Shown: in pieces, positions 13,606 to 25,508 of the stretch
How positions within the stretch are numbered: position 1 is the stretch's first letter
Layout: every line of letters starts with the position of its first letter
Assembly: GCA_038087875.1 (NCBI GenBank)
Contig: CM075988.1
Location: forward strand, 22,384,001 to 22,448,000
Source of the DNA: Malacoraja senta
Taxonomy: Eukaryota
DNA: 64,000 bases
Reading direction: 5' to 3'
Notes under the pieces: generated by a model
Database searches by the model: none
Told to the model about the DNA's origin: nothing
What the model saw: only the letters and a program-made list of their open reading frames with translations
Made by a program: the position numbers and the translations under genes

Positions 13606-13879
13606 ACTTTAACTTTAAGTCTCCTTTCAGAAAGGGATGGTAAACTGATGGCAGATGCATGGGGCGGGCGGGCTAGCTATGGGGACGGATGCCCTGGAGA
13701 GTGAGTTGTTGGGCTGGTTGATTGGGCTCCAGCTCCATGGCAACAAATAGTGGTGCGTGTGTGTCACAGTCAGCACAGACTGTGTAAACACTCGGGCCAC
13801 CATTGTGGGGTCAGAATTATTACAGCATAGGAGGCCATTGTCCATCCGAGCGAGTCCGTGGCAGCTTCAGTAGAGCGAT

Positions 13880-14455
13880 CATAGAAACATAGAAAATAGG
13901 AGCAGGAGTAAGCCATTCGGCCCTTCGAGCTACACTCTGGAGTTTAGACGGATGAGAGGGGATCTCATTGAAACATATAGGATTGTTAAGGGCTTGGACA
14001 CGCTAGAGGCAGGAAGCATGTTCCCGATGTTGGGGGGAGTCCAGAACCAGGGGCCACAGTTTAAGAATAAGGGGTAAGCCATTTAGAACGGAGACGAGGA
14101 AACACTTTTTCTCACAGAGCGTGGTGAGTCTGTGGAATTCTCAGAGGCAGGTTCTCTGGATGCTTTCAAGAGAGAGCTAGATAGGGCTCTTAAAAATAGC
14201 GGAGTCAGGGGATATGGGGAGAAGGCAGGAATGGGGTACTGATTGGGGATGATCAGCCATGATCACATTGAATGGCGGTGCTGGCTCGAAGGGCCAAATG
14301 GCCTACTCCTGCACCCATTGTCTATTGAGCCAGCACCGCCATTCAATATGATCATGGCTGATCATCCAGAATCAGTACCCCGTTCCTGCCTTCTCCCCAT
14401 ATCCCTTGATTCCGTTAGCCCCATGAGTTATATCTGACTCTCTCTTGAATACATC
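13880..14455. mobile_element. Plus-strand CR1 fragment (~13930-14327) nested in a minus-strand CR1 3' end
   Basis: The host 3'UTR is split at gagc, which is duplicated. Confidence 0.8.
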
Positions 14456-15025
14456 CCATCAGTCGCATTCCCCAAGTCCGTCCCCACCGCCCCACAAGTT
14501 ATCCTCGCTCGAATCCCCTGTCCAGGTCCTGTTGATGCTGTTTCTACCATCCTGTGAACAGTGCATTTCCCACCATCACTCTTGTCATTGCAAAAGAAAG
14601 GGATTCATTAGCATTCACTTCTTTTTTTCCCAGTAATGGGAGAGTCTGGAATCAGAGGTCGCAGACTCCGAATACAAGGATGTACCTTCAGAATGGAGAT
14701 GAGGAGGAATTTCTTTCGCCAGAGGGTGGTGAATCTGTGGACTTTACTGCCACAGACGGCTGTGGAGGCCAAGTCATTGGGTATTTTTAAAGCAGAGACT
14801 GATAGATTCTCGATTAGTAAGGGCGTCAAAGGTTACGGTGAGAAGGCAGGAGAATGGGGTTGAGAGAGAAAAATAGATCAGCCATGATTGAATGGTAGAA
14901 TAGATCTGATAGCTGAATAGCATAATTCTGCACCTATGTCTTACGGAATCACCAAGACTTAGATGGTTGCATGGACTCAGTGGGCCGAAGGGCCTGTGTC
15001 TGTCTATGAGATTGGAGCAGGCACA

Positions 15026-15562
15026 ATGTGTAGGAAGGAACTAACTGCAGATGCTGGTTTAAACCGAAGAGAGACACAAAATGCTGGAGTAACTCAGCAG
15101 ACAGGCAGCATCTCTGGAGAGAAGGAACGGGTGACGTTTCGGGTCGAGACCCTTCTTCAGCCTAGTCAGGGGAGAGGGAAACCGAGAAATATAGACAGTG
15201 ATGTAGAAAGGTATAGAACAAATGAATGAAAGATGTGCAAAAAAGTAACGATAATAAAGGAAACAGGCCATTGTTAGCAGTTTGCTAGGTGAGAATGGGA
15301 AGTTGGTACGACTTGGGTGGGGGAGGGATGGAGAGAGAGGAGTGCAGGGGTTACTTGAAGTTAGAGAATTCAATATTGATACCACTGGGCTGTAAGCTGC
15401 CCAAGCGAAATATGAGGTGCTGTTCCTCCAATTTGCGATTAGCCTCACTCTGACAATGGAGGAGGCCGAGGACAGAAAGGTCAATATGGGAACGGGAAGT
15501 GGGAATTAAAGTGTTTGGCAACCGGGAGATCAGGTGGGTCCAGGCGGACTGAGCCAAGGTGA
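15026..15562 (-). mobile_element. Penelope-like element, second subfamily, 3' fragment
   Basis: C-terminus DLSVLGLLHCQSEANRKLEEQHLIFRLGSLQPSGINIEFSNFK, then a pyrimidine-rich spacer and the pLTR. Confidence 0.9.
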
Positions 15563-16980
15563 GAGTTGGGCAGGGTGTGGTTTTAGTTTCTGTCACCAAT
15601 GCTGCCCGTGGACTACTCCAGCTTGCGGCTCAGCCTCTGTCAGCGGCACCAGCATCTCCCGAGTGTTGAACGTGAGCAGCCCTGCCATCCAGATGCCATA
15701 GAAACAAAGAAAATAGGTGCAGGAGGAGGCCATTTTAAGAGCCCTATCTAGCTCTCTCTTGAAAGCATCCCCCATATCCTTTGATTCCCTTGGCCCTAAG
15801 AGCTAATCCAGAGTCCACAGCCATCGCACAACCCACCGTGATGTTGAACTGATCTTGGTCAAAGGTCGTCTCCAAATCCATGACTTATTAGGGTGCGGGT
15901 TGAAAAGTTGATGGGAAAAGGCAGGTAGACAGTGTCGTCGAGGGTTATCCCGTCGTGACAGAATAAAGAATGGTGTGTGAGCAGCTGAGTGTAATTTGAG
16001 ACAGGCTGTGAAAAGGAGCCTCTGTGTGGTCGAGAGCTCAGCGGTGTATTTTGCTGATGAGGTAAGGAAGAGCAAAACCCCTGCAAAAGCATCTAATTAT
16101 CACGTCAGGCCTGCACATGCCTCTTGACTGGTCTGCAATTAGTTCCTGCTGTGTGTGTGTCGGTTCCAGGCAGGACACTCTATCCATTGTCGGTGACCTG
16201 TGGCTTGTTAATCCTTGCGATGCCACAATTAGCTGCCTTCCAGCACAGAGTAGCCACAGATGGTCTTCATTTCCGCTTGGGGACTGGGCTTCGCCTCTCC
16301 CTGCCTCCTGGTTCGGGCTCTATTGTTTCATGGGAGTGACTTTTCCCGTTCTCAATTACCTGGTGCTTTCTTCGTGTTTTGATTGGAATGTGATTAGGCG
16401 CTTCGCTGCCGACATGATTGTACATGTCAAAGCACCACTTCTCTGCTTCCCCCTCCCCTCCCCAACGGAGCAAAATGATTCTGTCAGCTGGCTCCAGGTT
16501 GTGGCTCTGTCGATCCAGGAACAAATCCCACGTCAGAAGACTATTCGACCTCAGAGGGCTGTTTTGTGAAGGTGGCCTGTTCATCCAGGGGGCAGGAACC
16601 AAACTCAGGAACAAGGTGACAATAGCAAGAATGCCCTTCCTCAAATTAGGAGACCAAAACTGCACACAATACTCCAGGTGCGGTCTCACCAGGGTCCTGT
16701 ACAACTGCAGAAGGACCTCTTTGCTCCTATACTCCTCTCTTTATGAAGGCCAACATGCCATTAGCTTTCTTCACTGCCTGCTGTACCTGCATGCTTATTT
16801 GTGGTATGTGGGGATGAATAAAATTGGGATTAGTGTAAACGGATGCTTGATGGTTAGAATGGTCGCAATGGGCTGAATGGCATGCTTCATATTTCTGCGA
16901 TTAATTCAAATCCACGAAAGTCATAGAAACGAAGAGCACAGAAACAGGCCATTCGGCCCAACTCATCCTGTATACATTGT

Positions 16981-17628
16981 GAAGGTAGACAAAATTGCTG
17001 GAGAAACTCAGCGGGTGAGGCAGCATCTATTGAGCGAAGGAAATAGGCAACGTTTCGGGCCGAAACCCTTTTTCAGACTGATGTAGGGTGGGGGGCGGGA
17101 AGAAGAAAGGAAGAGGAGGAGCCAGAAGGCTGAGGGAGAACTGAGAAGGGGAGGAGACAGCAAGGGCTACCGGAAATTGGAGAAGTCAATGTTCAGGCCA
17201 CCGGGATGCAGACTGCCCAAGCTGAATATGAGGTGCTGCGCCTCCAATTTCCGGTGGTGCTCACTCTGGCAATGGCGGAGGCCTAGGACAGAAAGGTCGG
17301 ATTCGGAATGGGAGGGGGAGTTGAAGTGCTGAGCCACCAGAAGATCAGGTTGGTTAATGCGGACCGAGCGGAGGTGTTCGGCGAAACGATCGCCAAGCCT
17401 ACGCTTGGTCTCACCGATGTAGATCAGCTGACATCTAGAGCAGCGGATGCAATAGATGAGGTTGGAGGAGATGCAGGTGAACCTCTGTCGCACCTGGAAC
17501 GACTGCTTGGGTCCTTGAATGGAGTCAAGGGGGGAGGTAAAGCGACACGTGTCGCATCTCTTGCGGTTGCAAGGGAAAGTGCCCGGGGAGGGGGTGGTGC
17601 GGGTGGGAAGGGAAGAATTGACCAGGGA
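16981..17628 (-). mobile_element. Penelope-like element (Neptune-type) 3' fragment: GIY-YIG endonuclease plus pLTR
   Basis: ORF 17167-17630 has the Cys linker PCNRKRCDTC, NLIYC..CQLIYIGET, RFAEH, HF..H and RKLE..GLN, followed by the pLTR with a hammerhead-like core. ctgtataca occurs on both sides (16968, 17629). Confidence 0.92.
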
Positions 17629-18224
17629 CTGTATACACTTTGACCCATATCCCTCTAAACCTTCCAAAAGAGCAGTGGGGAGAATTTTTTACAAATCCTC
17701 TAACACCTGATATGTTTTTCCCTTTCCCCAATCACCATTCATTGCCCTGGAACATGAAATTGAAGAAACCGGATAGTTTCTCAAAGAGATTGTAATTTGA
17801 GCTATGCAATCTGGCACAGACAATTTTTAATCAGGTGAGTCAACCTCCCTATGAGCCTGCAGCTCAGGAAGCCAGTTTAATTCAGAGCTCCAACATCTGC
17901 AGTTCCTTCTTAAACCCCATCAGTCTGAAGAAGGGTTTCGGCCCGAAACGTTGCCTATTTCCTTTGTCCATAGATGCTGCTGCACCCGCTGAGTTTCTCC
18001 AGCATTTTTGTGTACCTTCGATTTTCCAGCATCTGCAGTTCCTTCTTAAACACAAACACACAGTAGGCAGTCAGACGCAGTGTAAAATGAGCCACTCTTG
18101 CTGCAAAATCCATCTGGGACACACACATACAGACAGATCCTTGACATGCCTTCAAATGGCCATCCATTGACTCAATGTACACTTCATGTTGCATCGGCAT
18201 GGCCACCAGCACAATCAAGGAAGA

Positions 18225-18572
18225 GTCTCACACCAACTCCCCTCTCCCATCAGGCAAGAGGTACAGAAGTGTGAAAAAGCACACCTCCAGATTCAGGGAT
18301 AGTTTCTTCCCAGCTGTTATCAGGCAACTGAACCATCCTATTAACAACTAGAGAGTGGTCCTGAGCTACTGTCTACCTCAGTGGAGACCCTTGGACTATC
18401 TTTAATCAGACTTTACTGGACTTTATCCTGCACTAAACGTTATTCCCTTTATCATGTATCTGTACACTGTGGATGGCTCGATTGTAATCATGTATTGTCT
18501 TTCTGCTGACTGGTTAGCACGCTTCAAAAGCTTTTCACTGTATCTTGGTACATGTGACAATAAACTAAACTA
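18225..18572 (+). mobile_element. Rex1/Babar LINE 3' fragment
   Basis: LPSGKRYRSVKKHTSRFRDSFFPAVIRQLN and 3'UTR. Paralogous copy at ~34580-34920. Confidence 0.82.
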
Positions 18573-18986
18573 ATCAAAAATGGACGTATTAAATAAAGGA
18601 TGAGTCCGCTCAACTTAATATCTTTTAGATATTTCCCAGCTTCTTACCCAATGTTAGCAGACTACTGAATCTTATCAGCTAAGGGTGTCATTCCAATCTA
18701 ACTCATTGTAGCATTTGCACTTATTTCTTATCTGCACTTTCTCCACAACTATAACAATATATTCTGAACGCTGGTCTTTTTCTCTTTGCTCTACCTGTTA
18801 TGCCTCTGTAATGGCTGATTGTACTCGAGTGTAGTTTAATTTGACCAGACAGCATGCAGAGTTTTTCTCTGTATCGTGACAATATGGTGACAATAATGAA
18901 CCAATACCAATAACGTTCCTCTCATGCATCAAGGAGGTCCTATGCAAGGACAGGCACAGTGGTGCAGCGGCAGAGTTGCTGCCTTA

Positions 18987-19434
18987 TGGGCCTGACCCAC
19001 TTAGGCGATTTTTTAGGCGACCAGACTGTCGCCACATGGTCGTCGGGGTGTCGCCTGTATGGTCGTGAGTCGTCTCCTCAGTCGCCCAAAGAGTTGTAGC
19101 ATCTCTTTCTGGTCGCCACTGGATTTTCAACATGTTGAAAAATATTCGGCGACAGTCGGCGACAGTGGGTTTGACGCCAATGAGCGTAGCTTGACTTCTC
19201 CTGACGTAGGTGCTGTCGTAGGTTGTCGCCAGGTGACGTAGGTTGTCGCCAGGTGACGTAGGTTGTCGCCAGTGCTGACTGTGATTTTTTGTTGTTAAAG
19301 TGATGATTCTTTTACATAGACAATTTCAAATTTTATGTCAAAGGGGGGTCCAGTCGCTGGTTTTTGGGCGACCTGCTACAACTATGACAGTCGCCGGCAG
19401 TCGCCTAAGAAATTGCCTAAGTGGGACAGGCCCA
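18987..19434. mobile_element. Harbinger/PIF-like MITE inserted in an HE1 SINE head
   Basis: TIR TGGGCCTG(A/T)CCCACTTAGGC. TTA TSD. The SINE resumes exactly (gcctta|cagcgccagagac). Confidence 0.9.
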
Positions 19435-20527
19435 TTACAGCGCCAGAGACCCACATCCGATCCTGATTACGGGTGGTATCCATATGGAGTTTGTCCGTTC
19501 TCCCTGTGATCACGTGGGGTTCCTCTGGTTTTATCCCACATCTCAAAGAAGATAAGGTTTGTAGGCTAATTGGCTTCTGTAAAACTGTCCCTAACGTGTA
19601 GGATAGTGCTAATGTACGGGGATTGCTGGTCGGCGCGGACTCGGTGGGCCGAAGGGCCTGTTTCCGGGCTGTTTCCCTAAACCAAACAGCACATTCTGCA
19701 ACAGGTCCTTTCTGCAAACTTATCTGTTAAAACCAGCAGTCCTCAGTTTATTCAGCAGCTGCAAAACCAAAATGAGACAATGCTTCCTACTGAACGCAAG
19801 GCCAGAACAAACCTATTATTAACATCTCAACGTCAATACTAATCACGAGGTATGAAAAACAAACCAGACAGATTTAATTTCAACCAATGTTTGGGTTTAC
19901 CAGACAAGGTTTAAAGATTGGATTTCGGAGCTTTGAAACAAGATGTTTTCTTTTCCAGTGATGATGGGTAGATGGTACAGATTATAAAGTCAAGCTGGAT
20001 GTATTGGTGGGTGTGTCTGTGTACGGTACATCAAGGTAATACTACCTCAGGGGAGTAAAATAATAGGCTAGACACCCCTTACCCCCAATCTGACATCCTG
20101 CCAGAACACATACTGAAACTAATTTAGTTAAAACAATATGTGGAAAAAAAAAATCAAACAGTATACTAATGAAAGTCCCACCAACCTTTCACCTTGGGGT
20201 GAACATTATCTGAGATCTTTAGATGAAACCCTCACAACATACAGAGCCTTCAGTGTCGAAAACCTTTATTGCTGCTCGAGGACATTCATAAATATATTAA
20301 TTGCGCCTAATAATCCCTCCAGAAATATTAGGATTTAATTCTAGCCCTAAGCATCGAAGCACATATTACTTATTCTTACATGACCTCCACAGTTCAATGA
20401 AGCCAACCTCTGAAACAGTGCAGAGGACAAGTTGGTCCATTGCCTGTTCAGTTTACATCAAGTTAGCCCTGTATCTTAACAACAAAGTGACCATACACAT
20501 CGTTCACTGTGTAACACGAAGGACAAC

Positions 20528-21131
20528 ACATAGAAACATAGAAAATAGGTGCAGGAGTAGGCCATTCGGCCCTTTGAGCCTGCACCGCCATTCAATATGA
20601 TCATGGCTGATCATCCAACTCAGTATCCTGTACCTGCTTTCTCTCCATACCCCCTGATCCCTTTAGCCACAAGGGCCACATCTAACTCCCTCTTAAATAT
20701 AGCCAATGAACTGGCCTCAACTACATTCTGTGGCAGAGAATTCCAGAGATTCACCGCTCTCTGTGTACATTTTTTTTTCTCATCTCAGTCCTAAAAGATT
20801 CCCTTTATCCTTAAACTGTGACCCCTTGTTCTGGACTTCCCAACATCGGGAACAATCTTCCTACATCTAGCCTGTCCAACCTCTTAAGAATTTGTAAGTT
20901 TCTATAAGATCCCCCCTCAATCTTCTAAATTCCAGCGAGTACAAGCCGAGTCTATCCAGTCTTCCCTCATATGAAAGTCCTGACATCCAAGGAATCAGTC
21001 TGATGAACCTTCTCTGTACTTCCTCTATGGCAAGAATGTCCTTCTCAGATTAGGAGACCAAAACTGTACGCAATACTCAGGTGTGGTCTCACCAAGACCC
21101 TGTACAACTGCATTAGAACCTCCCTGCTCCT
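20528..21131 (-). mobile_element. CR1-type LINE 3' fragment (different subfamily)
   Basis: CR1 3'UTR with (TATGTTTC)n tail and a decayed RT C-terminus. Confidence 0.85.
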
Positions 21132-21765
21132 ATGCACAATTAACTGGAGTAACTCAGTGGGTCTGACAGCATCACTGGAGAAAAGGAATAGGTAACGTTT
21201 CGGGTCTCGATCCGATCATCACCTATTCCTTCTCTCCATAGATGCTGTCTGACCCACTGAGTTACTCCAGCTTTTTGTGTCTACCTTCGTTTAAACCTGC
21301 ATCTGCAGTTCCTCTCTGCACATACACAATTAGGCTCCACGAATAAAGCAGACAACTGTGTGATTTTGCAGAAAACCAGCAGCTAATCTCAGTGAAGGGA
21401 AGAAAAATAAACTGAGATTTGCCAAGTCTGATTTTTAATTGCCTGTTACGCAGTTAATATAATTCAATACTTTTTGGTAAACATTGAGCAATCTCTGCAG
21501 ACTTTCGTTCTCAAGAAAAGCCGAAGAGCACAAAGCTTTGTCATGATGGCAATTTGAAGTGTAACAATTAAAACAAATCCCATTGAATATTGCAGGGACT
21601 GACATGGAGGGTTGTCTCATTTTCTCCCCCATGGAGGATATTTTTTCAGCCCTGTTCACTGATACTGCTGCCACAGAACTTTGTAAACCTGTGACCTCCA
21701 GCAGCTAGAGGGACAAAGGCAGCAAGGTTGAAATGTTTTATAATGCTGTTATGGGGGGGGGGGGG

Positions 21766-22057
21766 GGTGGCGCGGTGGCGCAGCGGTACAGTTGCTGCCT
21801 TACAGCGCCAGAGACCCGGGTTCCATCCTGACTACAGCTGCTGCCTGTGCAGAATTTGCACCTTCTACCTGTGATCGCTTGGGTTTTCTCCGGACGTCAA
21901 AAGACGTTTAGGTTTGTAGGCTAATTGGCTTCAGTAAAATTGTAAATTGTCCATAGTGTGTAGGGTAGTGTTCATGTACGGGTGATCGCTGGTTGGCACA
22001 GACTCGGTGGACCGAAGGGACTGTTTCTACTCTGTATCTCTAAACTAAACTCAACCA
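21766..22057 (+). mobile_element. HE1-type V-SINE
   Basis: Same tripartite structure, (CTAAA)n tail. Confidence 0.85.
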
Positions 22058-22348
22058 AAAGGCCTGTTTCCGCGCTGTATCTCTATAAGCTGACTGATTT
22101 TGCGTTAGTAGAAGTATACAACGTTTCCCAGTAAAGGAATCGGAAGAGGAGTTAAACTGGAGAGCAACGACGAGATCCTGTAGGCTCAGACATTATGACT
22201 CTATAACCCCTTTAACCCATCACCCTCACGGGGCATTTAATGACTTGAGGTTTCAATGACATCGTGGTCCTGGAGTCATACAGGGTGGAAACAGGCCCGT
22301 TGGTTCAGTTTGTCCGAGATGCCCATGCACACTGGTCCGATTTGCCTG

Positions 22349-22585
22349 TCAAGTCAAGTCACTTTTATTTCTATAGCACATTTAAAAAACAACTCTCGTT
22401 GACCAAAGTGCTTTACATTGGTGGAGGTACTAACGTTATACAACAGTTGCAGGCGGGACAGGGAAGATTGGCTGATGCCAGTGTAAAGGGAGTTGCAGTA
22501 ATCGAGGCGGGAGGAGATAAATGTGTGGATGATCTTTTCGAGGTCATCAAACTGGAGGAATTGTTTTATTTTAGCTATTTTAGCC
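22349..22585 (-). mobile_element. L2-clade LINE fragment
   Basis: AKIKQFL..LEKIIHTFISSRLDYCNSLYTG..LSRLQL, plus a 3' tail-like segment. Confidence 0.85.
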
Positions 22586-22610
22586 TGTGTTTGAAGCATG
22601 TCCCACTAAC

Positions 22611-22767
22611 CTGTCCATGAGGCGCTTGGCTCCGATGAGCGATGACATCCCGCTGGGACAGTGTAGCGTCAGCTCCAGGGCACCACGGGCTGGGTGTGAT
22701 ATGGTCACAGTGACTGCCACGTGTTCCAGAGTCTTCATGCCCGACAAGTGTAAGCCATCGGCGGTCA
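22611..22767 (-). CDS. PCSK7: PCSK7 exon (P domain): (V)[51 protein letters not shown](R)
   Basis: 157 bp, cgcag| and |gttag, phase 1/2. [18 protein letters not shown]-domain signature. Confidence 0.96.
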
Positions 22768-22818
22768 CTGCGGAGAACAAAACCTTTCTTACTCACTTCT
22801 GCAGCAAGCCATTCAGCC

Positions 22819-22943
22819 CGTTTAAGAAGGAACTGCAGATGCTGGAAAATCGAAGGTAGACAAAAGTGCTGGAGAAACTCAGCGGGTGCAGCAGCATCTA
22901 TGATGCTGCTGCACCCGCTGAGTTTCTCCAGCACTTTTGTCTA
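22819..22943. mobile_element. Fold-back Penelope pLTR insertion
   Basis: Inverted arms around gcagcatc-tat-gatgctgc. 14-bp TSD caagccattcagcc. Confidence 0.85.
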
Positions 22944-23744
22944 CAAGCCATTCAGCCTATCGGGTCCATGCTAGCTCCTGGAGAGGCAATCCCCTCAATG
23001 CCATGTTCTTTCCCTTCCCCCCTGCAACCTGCTCTCATACACATACCCATCCATCCTCCTGTGATTCTTTTGCAACCCATCTACTCAAGAGGCAATTTCA
23101 AGCCGCCAATTAACTTGCCAACATGTGCCTGGGACGCAGGGAGGAAGCCAGAGCACCCGAGGGAAACCCACGTGGTCACGAGGGGAACTTGCATACTCCA
23201 CTCAAACAACACCCAAGGTCTGAATTGAACTTGGGTCCATGATTCGATTAGACAGCGCCAGTAACAACTGTTGCTCCATCTCAACCCAGTGCAACTCGAA
23301 CAAAGCGTTAAGCTGGTTAACACTGGATGGGAATAGACGCAAAAAATATAGTCCATAATCATGAAAGGAATGAGGTCCAGGTTTCTCACAACTGGGCTCA
23401 CATGGATCCCCTCCCACGGTGAAAGCAATGGGCACCAATTTGAAGTCTTGGTCGAAGCCCATTGACTGGAGGGTAGAAAAACAAAGGAGAAGATACCCGT
23501 CGGTGCAAAGGCAAAACACAAAGTGTTGCAACATTGAAAAATTTCTTCATTGCAGAGTGATGTAATTCTGTTTGTTTCTGGGTGTCTTGGCAACAGTCAC
23601 TAATATTGAAGGTTTAAGAAGGAACTGCAGATGCTGGAGAATCGAAGGTAGACAAAAATGCTGGAGAAACTCAGCGGGTGAAGCAGCATCTTCATCAGTC
23701 TTGTACATCAGTCTATGAAAGTATCAAGCATCTTCATAGCTTGT

Positions 23745-24443
23745 ACATCAGTCTATGAAAGTGAGCATGCAGGTACAGCAGGCAGTGAAGAAAGCGAATG
23801 ACATGTTGGCCTTTATAACAAGAGGAATCAAATGTAGGAGCAAGGAGGTCCTTCTGCAGTTGTACAGAGCCCTAGTGAGACCACACCTGGAGTATTGTGT
23901 GCAGTTTTGGTCCCCTAACTTGAGGAAGGACATTCTTGCTATTGAGGGAGTGCAGTAGGTTTACAAGGTTTATTCCCGGGATGACGGGACTGTCATATGC
24001 TGAGAGAATGGAGCAGCTGGGCTTGTACACTCTGGAGTTTAGAAGGATGAGAGGGAATCTCATTGAAACATATAAGATTGTTAAGGGTTTGGACACGCTA
24101 GAGGCAGGAAACATGTTCCCGATGTTGGGGGAGTCCAGAACCAGGGGCCACAGTTTATGAATAAGGAGTAAGCAATTTAGAACGGCGACAAGGAAACACT
24201 TTTTCTCACAGAGAGTGGTGAGTCTGTGGAATTCTCTGCCTCAGAGGGCGGTGAAGGCGGGTTCTCTGGATGCTTTCAAGAGAGAGCTAGATAGGGCTCT
24301 TAAAAATAGAGGAGTCAGGGGATATGGGGAGAAGGCAGGAACGGGGTGCTGATTGGGGATGATCAGCCATGATCACATTGAATGGCGGTGCTGGCTCGAA
24401 GGGCCGAATGGCCTACTCCTGCACCTATTGTCTATTGTCTATT
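23745..24443 (+). mobile_element. CR1/HER1-type LINE 3' fragment inserted into a fold-back pLTR
   Basis: [27 protein letters not shown]. The pLTR halves lie at ~23613-23690 and ~24443-24560. Confidence 0.92.
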
Positions 24444-25178
24444 ATCTATGGAGCGAAGGAAATAGGCAACGTTTCGGGTCGAAACCCGAAACGTTGCCTA
24501 TTTCCTTCGCTCCATAGATGCTGCCTCACCTGCTGAGTTTCACCAGCATTTTTGTCTACCACTGAAATGGAAGGCACATTTTCAGGTGAAATTTATTTTC
24601 TGGCATCAGACTTGACCGAATGACCCCCAGGGTGGAGCAAGACTGACGGATTCATCACGTCATATTTTCAACCACAACAAGCTGCTAACGAGCACTCACT
24701 CCCCACTCACGGTAGAACCAACGTTTACTCATGCTTACGGATCAGACAGTGCTACTTTAAAAGGTCGAACACGCCAAGGCAGATTCCCAGTGACTACACT
24801 CTACGTATACTGCACGTTACTCATGGCAAGCACTAACCCTGCCCATGCATCATCATCACAGCTGTGCTCCAACCAAACCTGGCTTCCAATGTCCTTGTGT
24901 CTTTGCTAACAAAAGCTTCAAGAATAAATGGGTTATCGAGTCATTTGCTGGTTTTCAGGTTGAAATGGCACCTATCAGTCTGAAGAAGGGAAATAGGGAA
25001 AGCAGTTCCTTCTTAAATACCTTCGATTTTTCAGCATCTGCAGTTCCTTCTTAAATCTATTCCCTTCGCTCCATAAATGCTGCTGCACCCGCTGAGTTTC
25101 TCCAGCACTTTTGTCTACCTTCGATTTTCCAGCATCTGCAGTTCCTTCTTAAACACGTCATCTATCAATGTTCACTTA

Positions 25179-25508
25179 AAGCCCTGTCCCACGGTGCGAG
25201 TTCATTCCAAGAGCTCTCCCGAGTTTGCCCTGATTCGAACTCGGAGATTTACGGTAATGGCCACTCGTCGGTACTCAGGGCTCTCGTGGACATTTTTCAA
25301 CATGTTGAAAAATCTTCGCGAGTCTTCCCGTGCTTACCTGCCGTTAGCGAGTCTTCCCGAGTACCTGCCGTTAACGTTACGATCCGCTAAGAGACGTCCC
25401 CGAGCTCCGACGTACCCGCTACGTTCATTCTCCGTGCTTACCACGAGTTTGATTTTTTAAAAACTCGGGAGAGCTCTTGGAATGAACTCGTACCGTGGGA
25501 CAGGGCTT
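25179..25508. mobile_element. ~330-bp Harbinger-like MITE family copy
   Basis: ~47-bp TIR AGCCCTGTCCCACGGTACGAGTTCATTCCAAGAGCTCTCCCGAGTTT. Confidence 0.88.

Noticed and set aside
25077..25460. Recurrent ORF MATRRYSGLSWTFFNMLKNL...
   Set aside because: Chance frame within a multi-copy non-coding MITE. No transposase motifs and variable ends.
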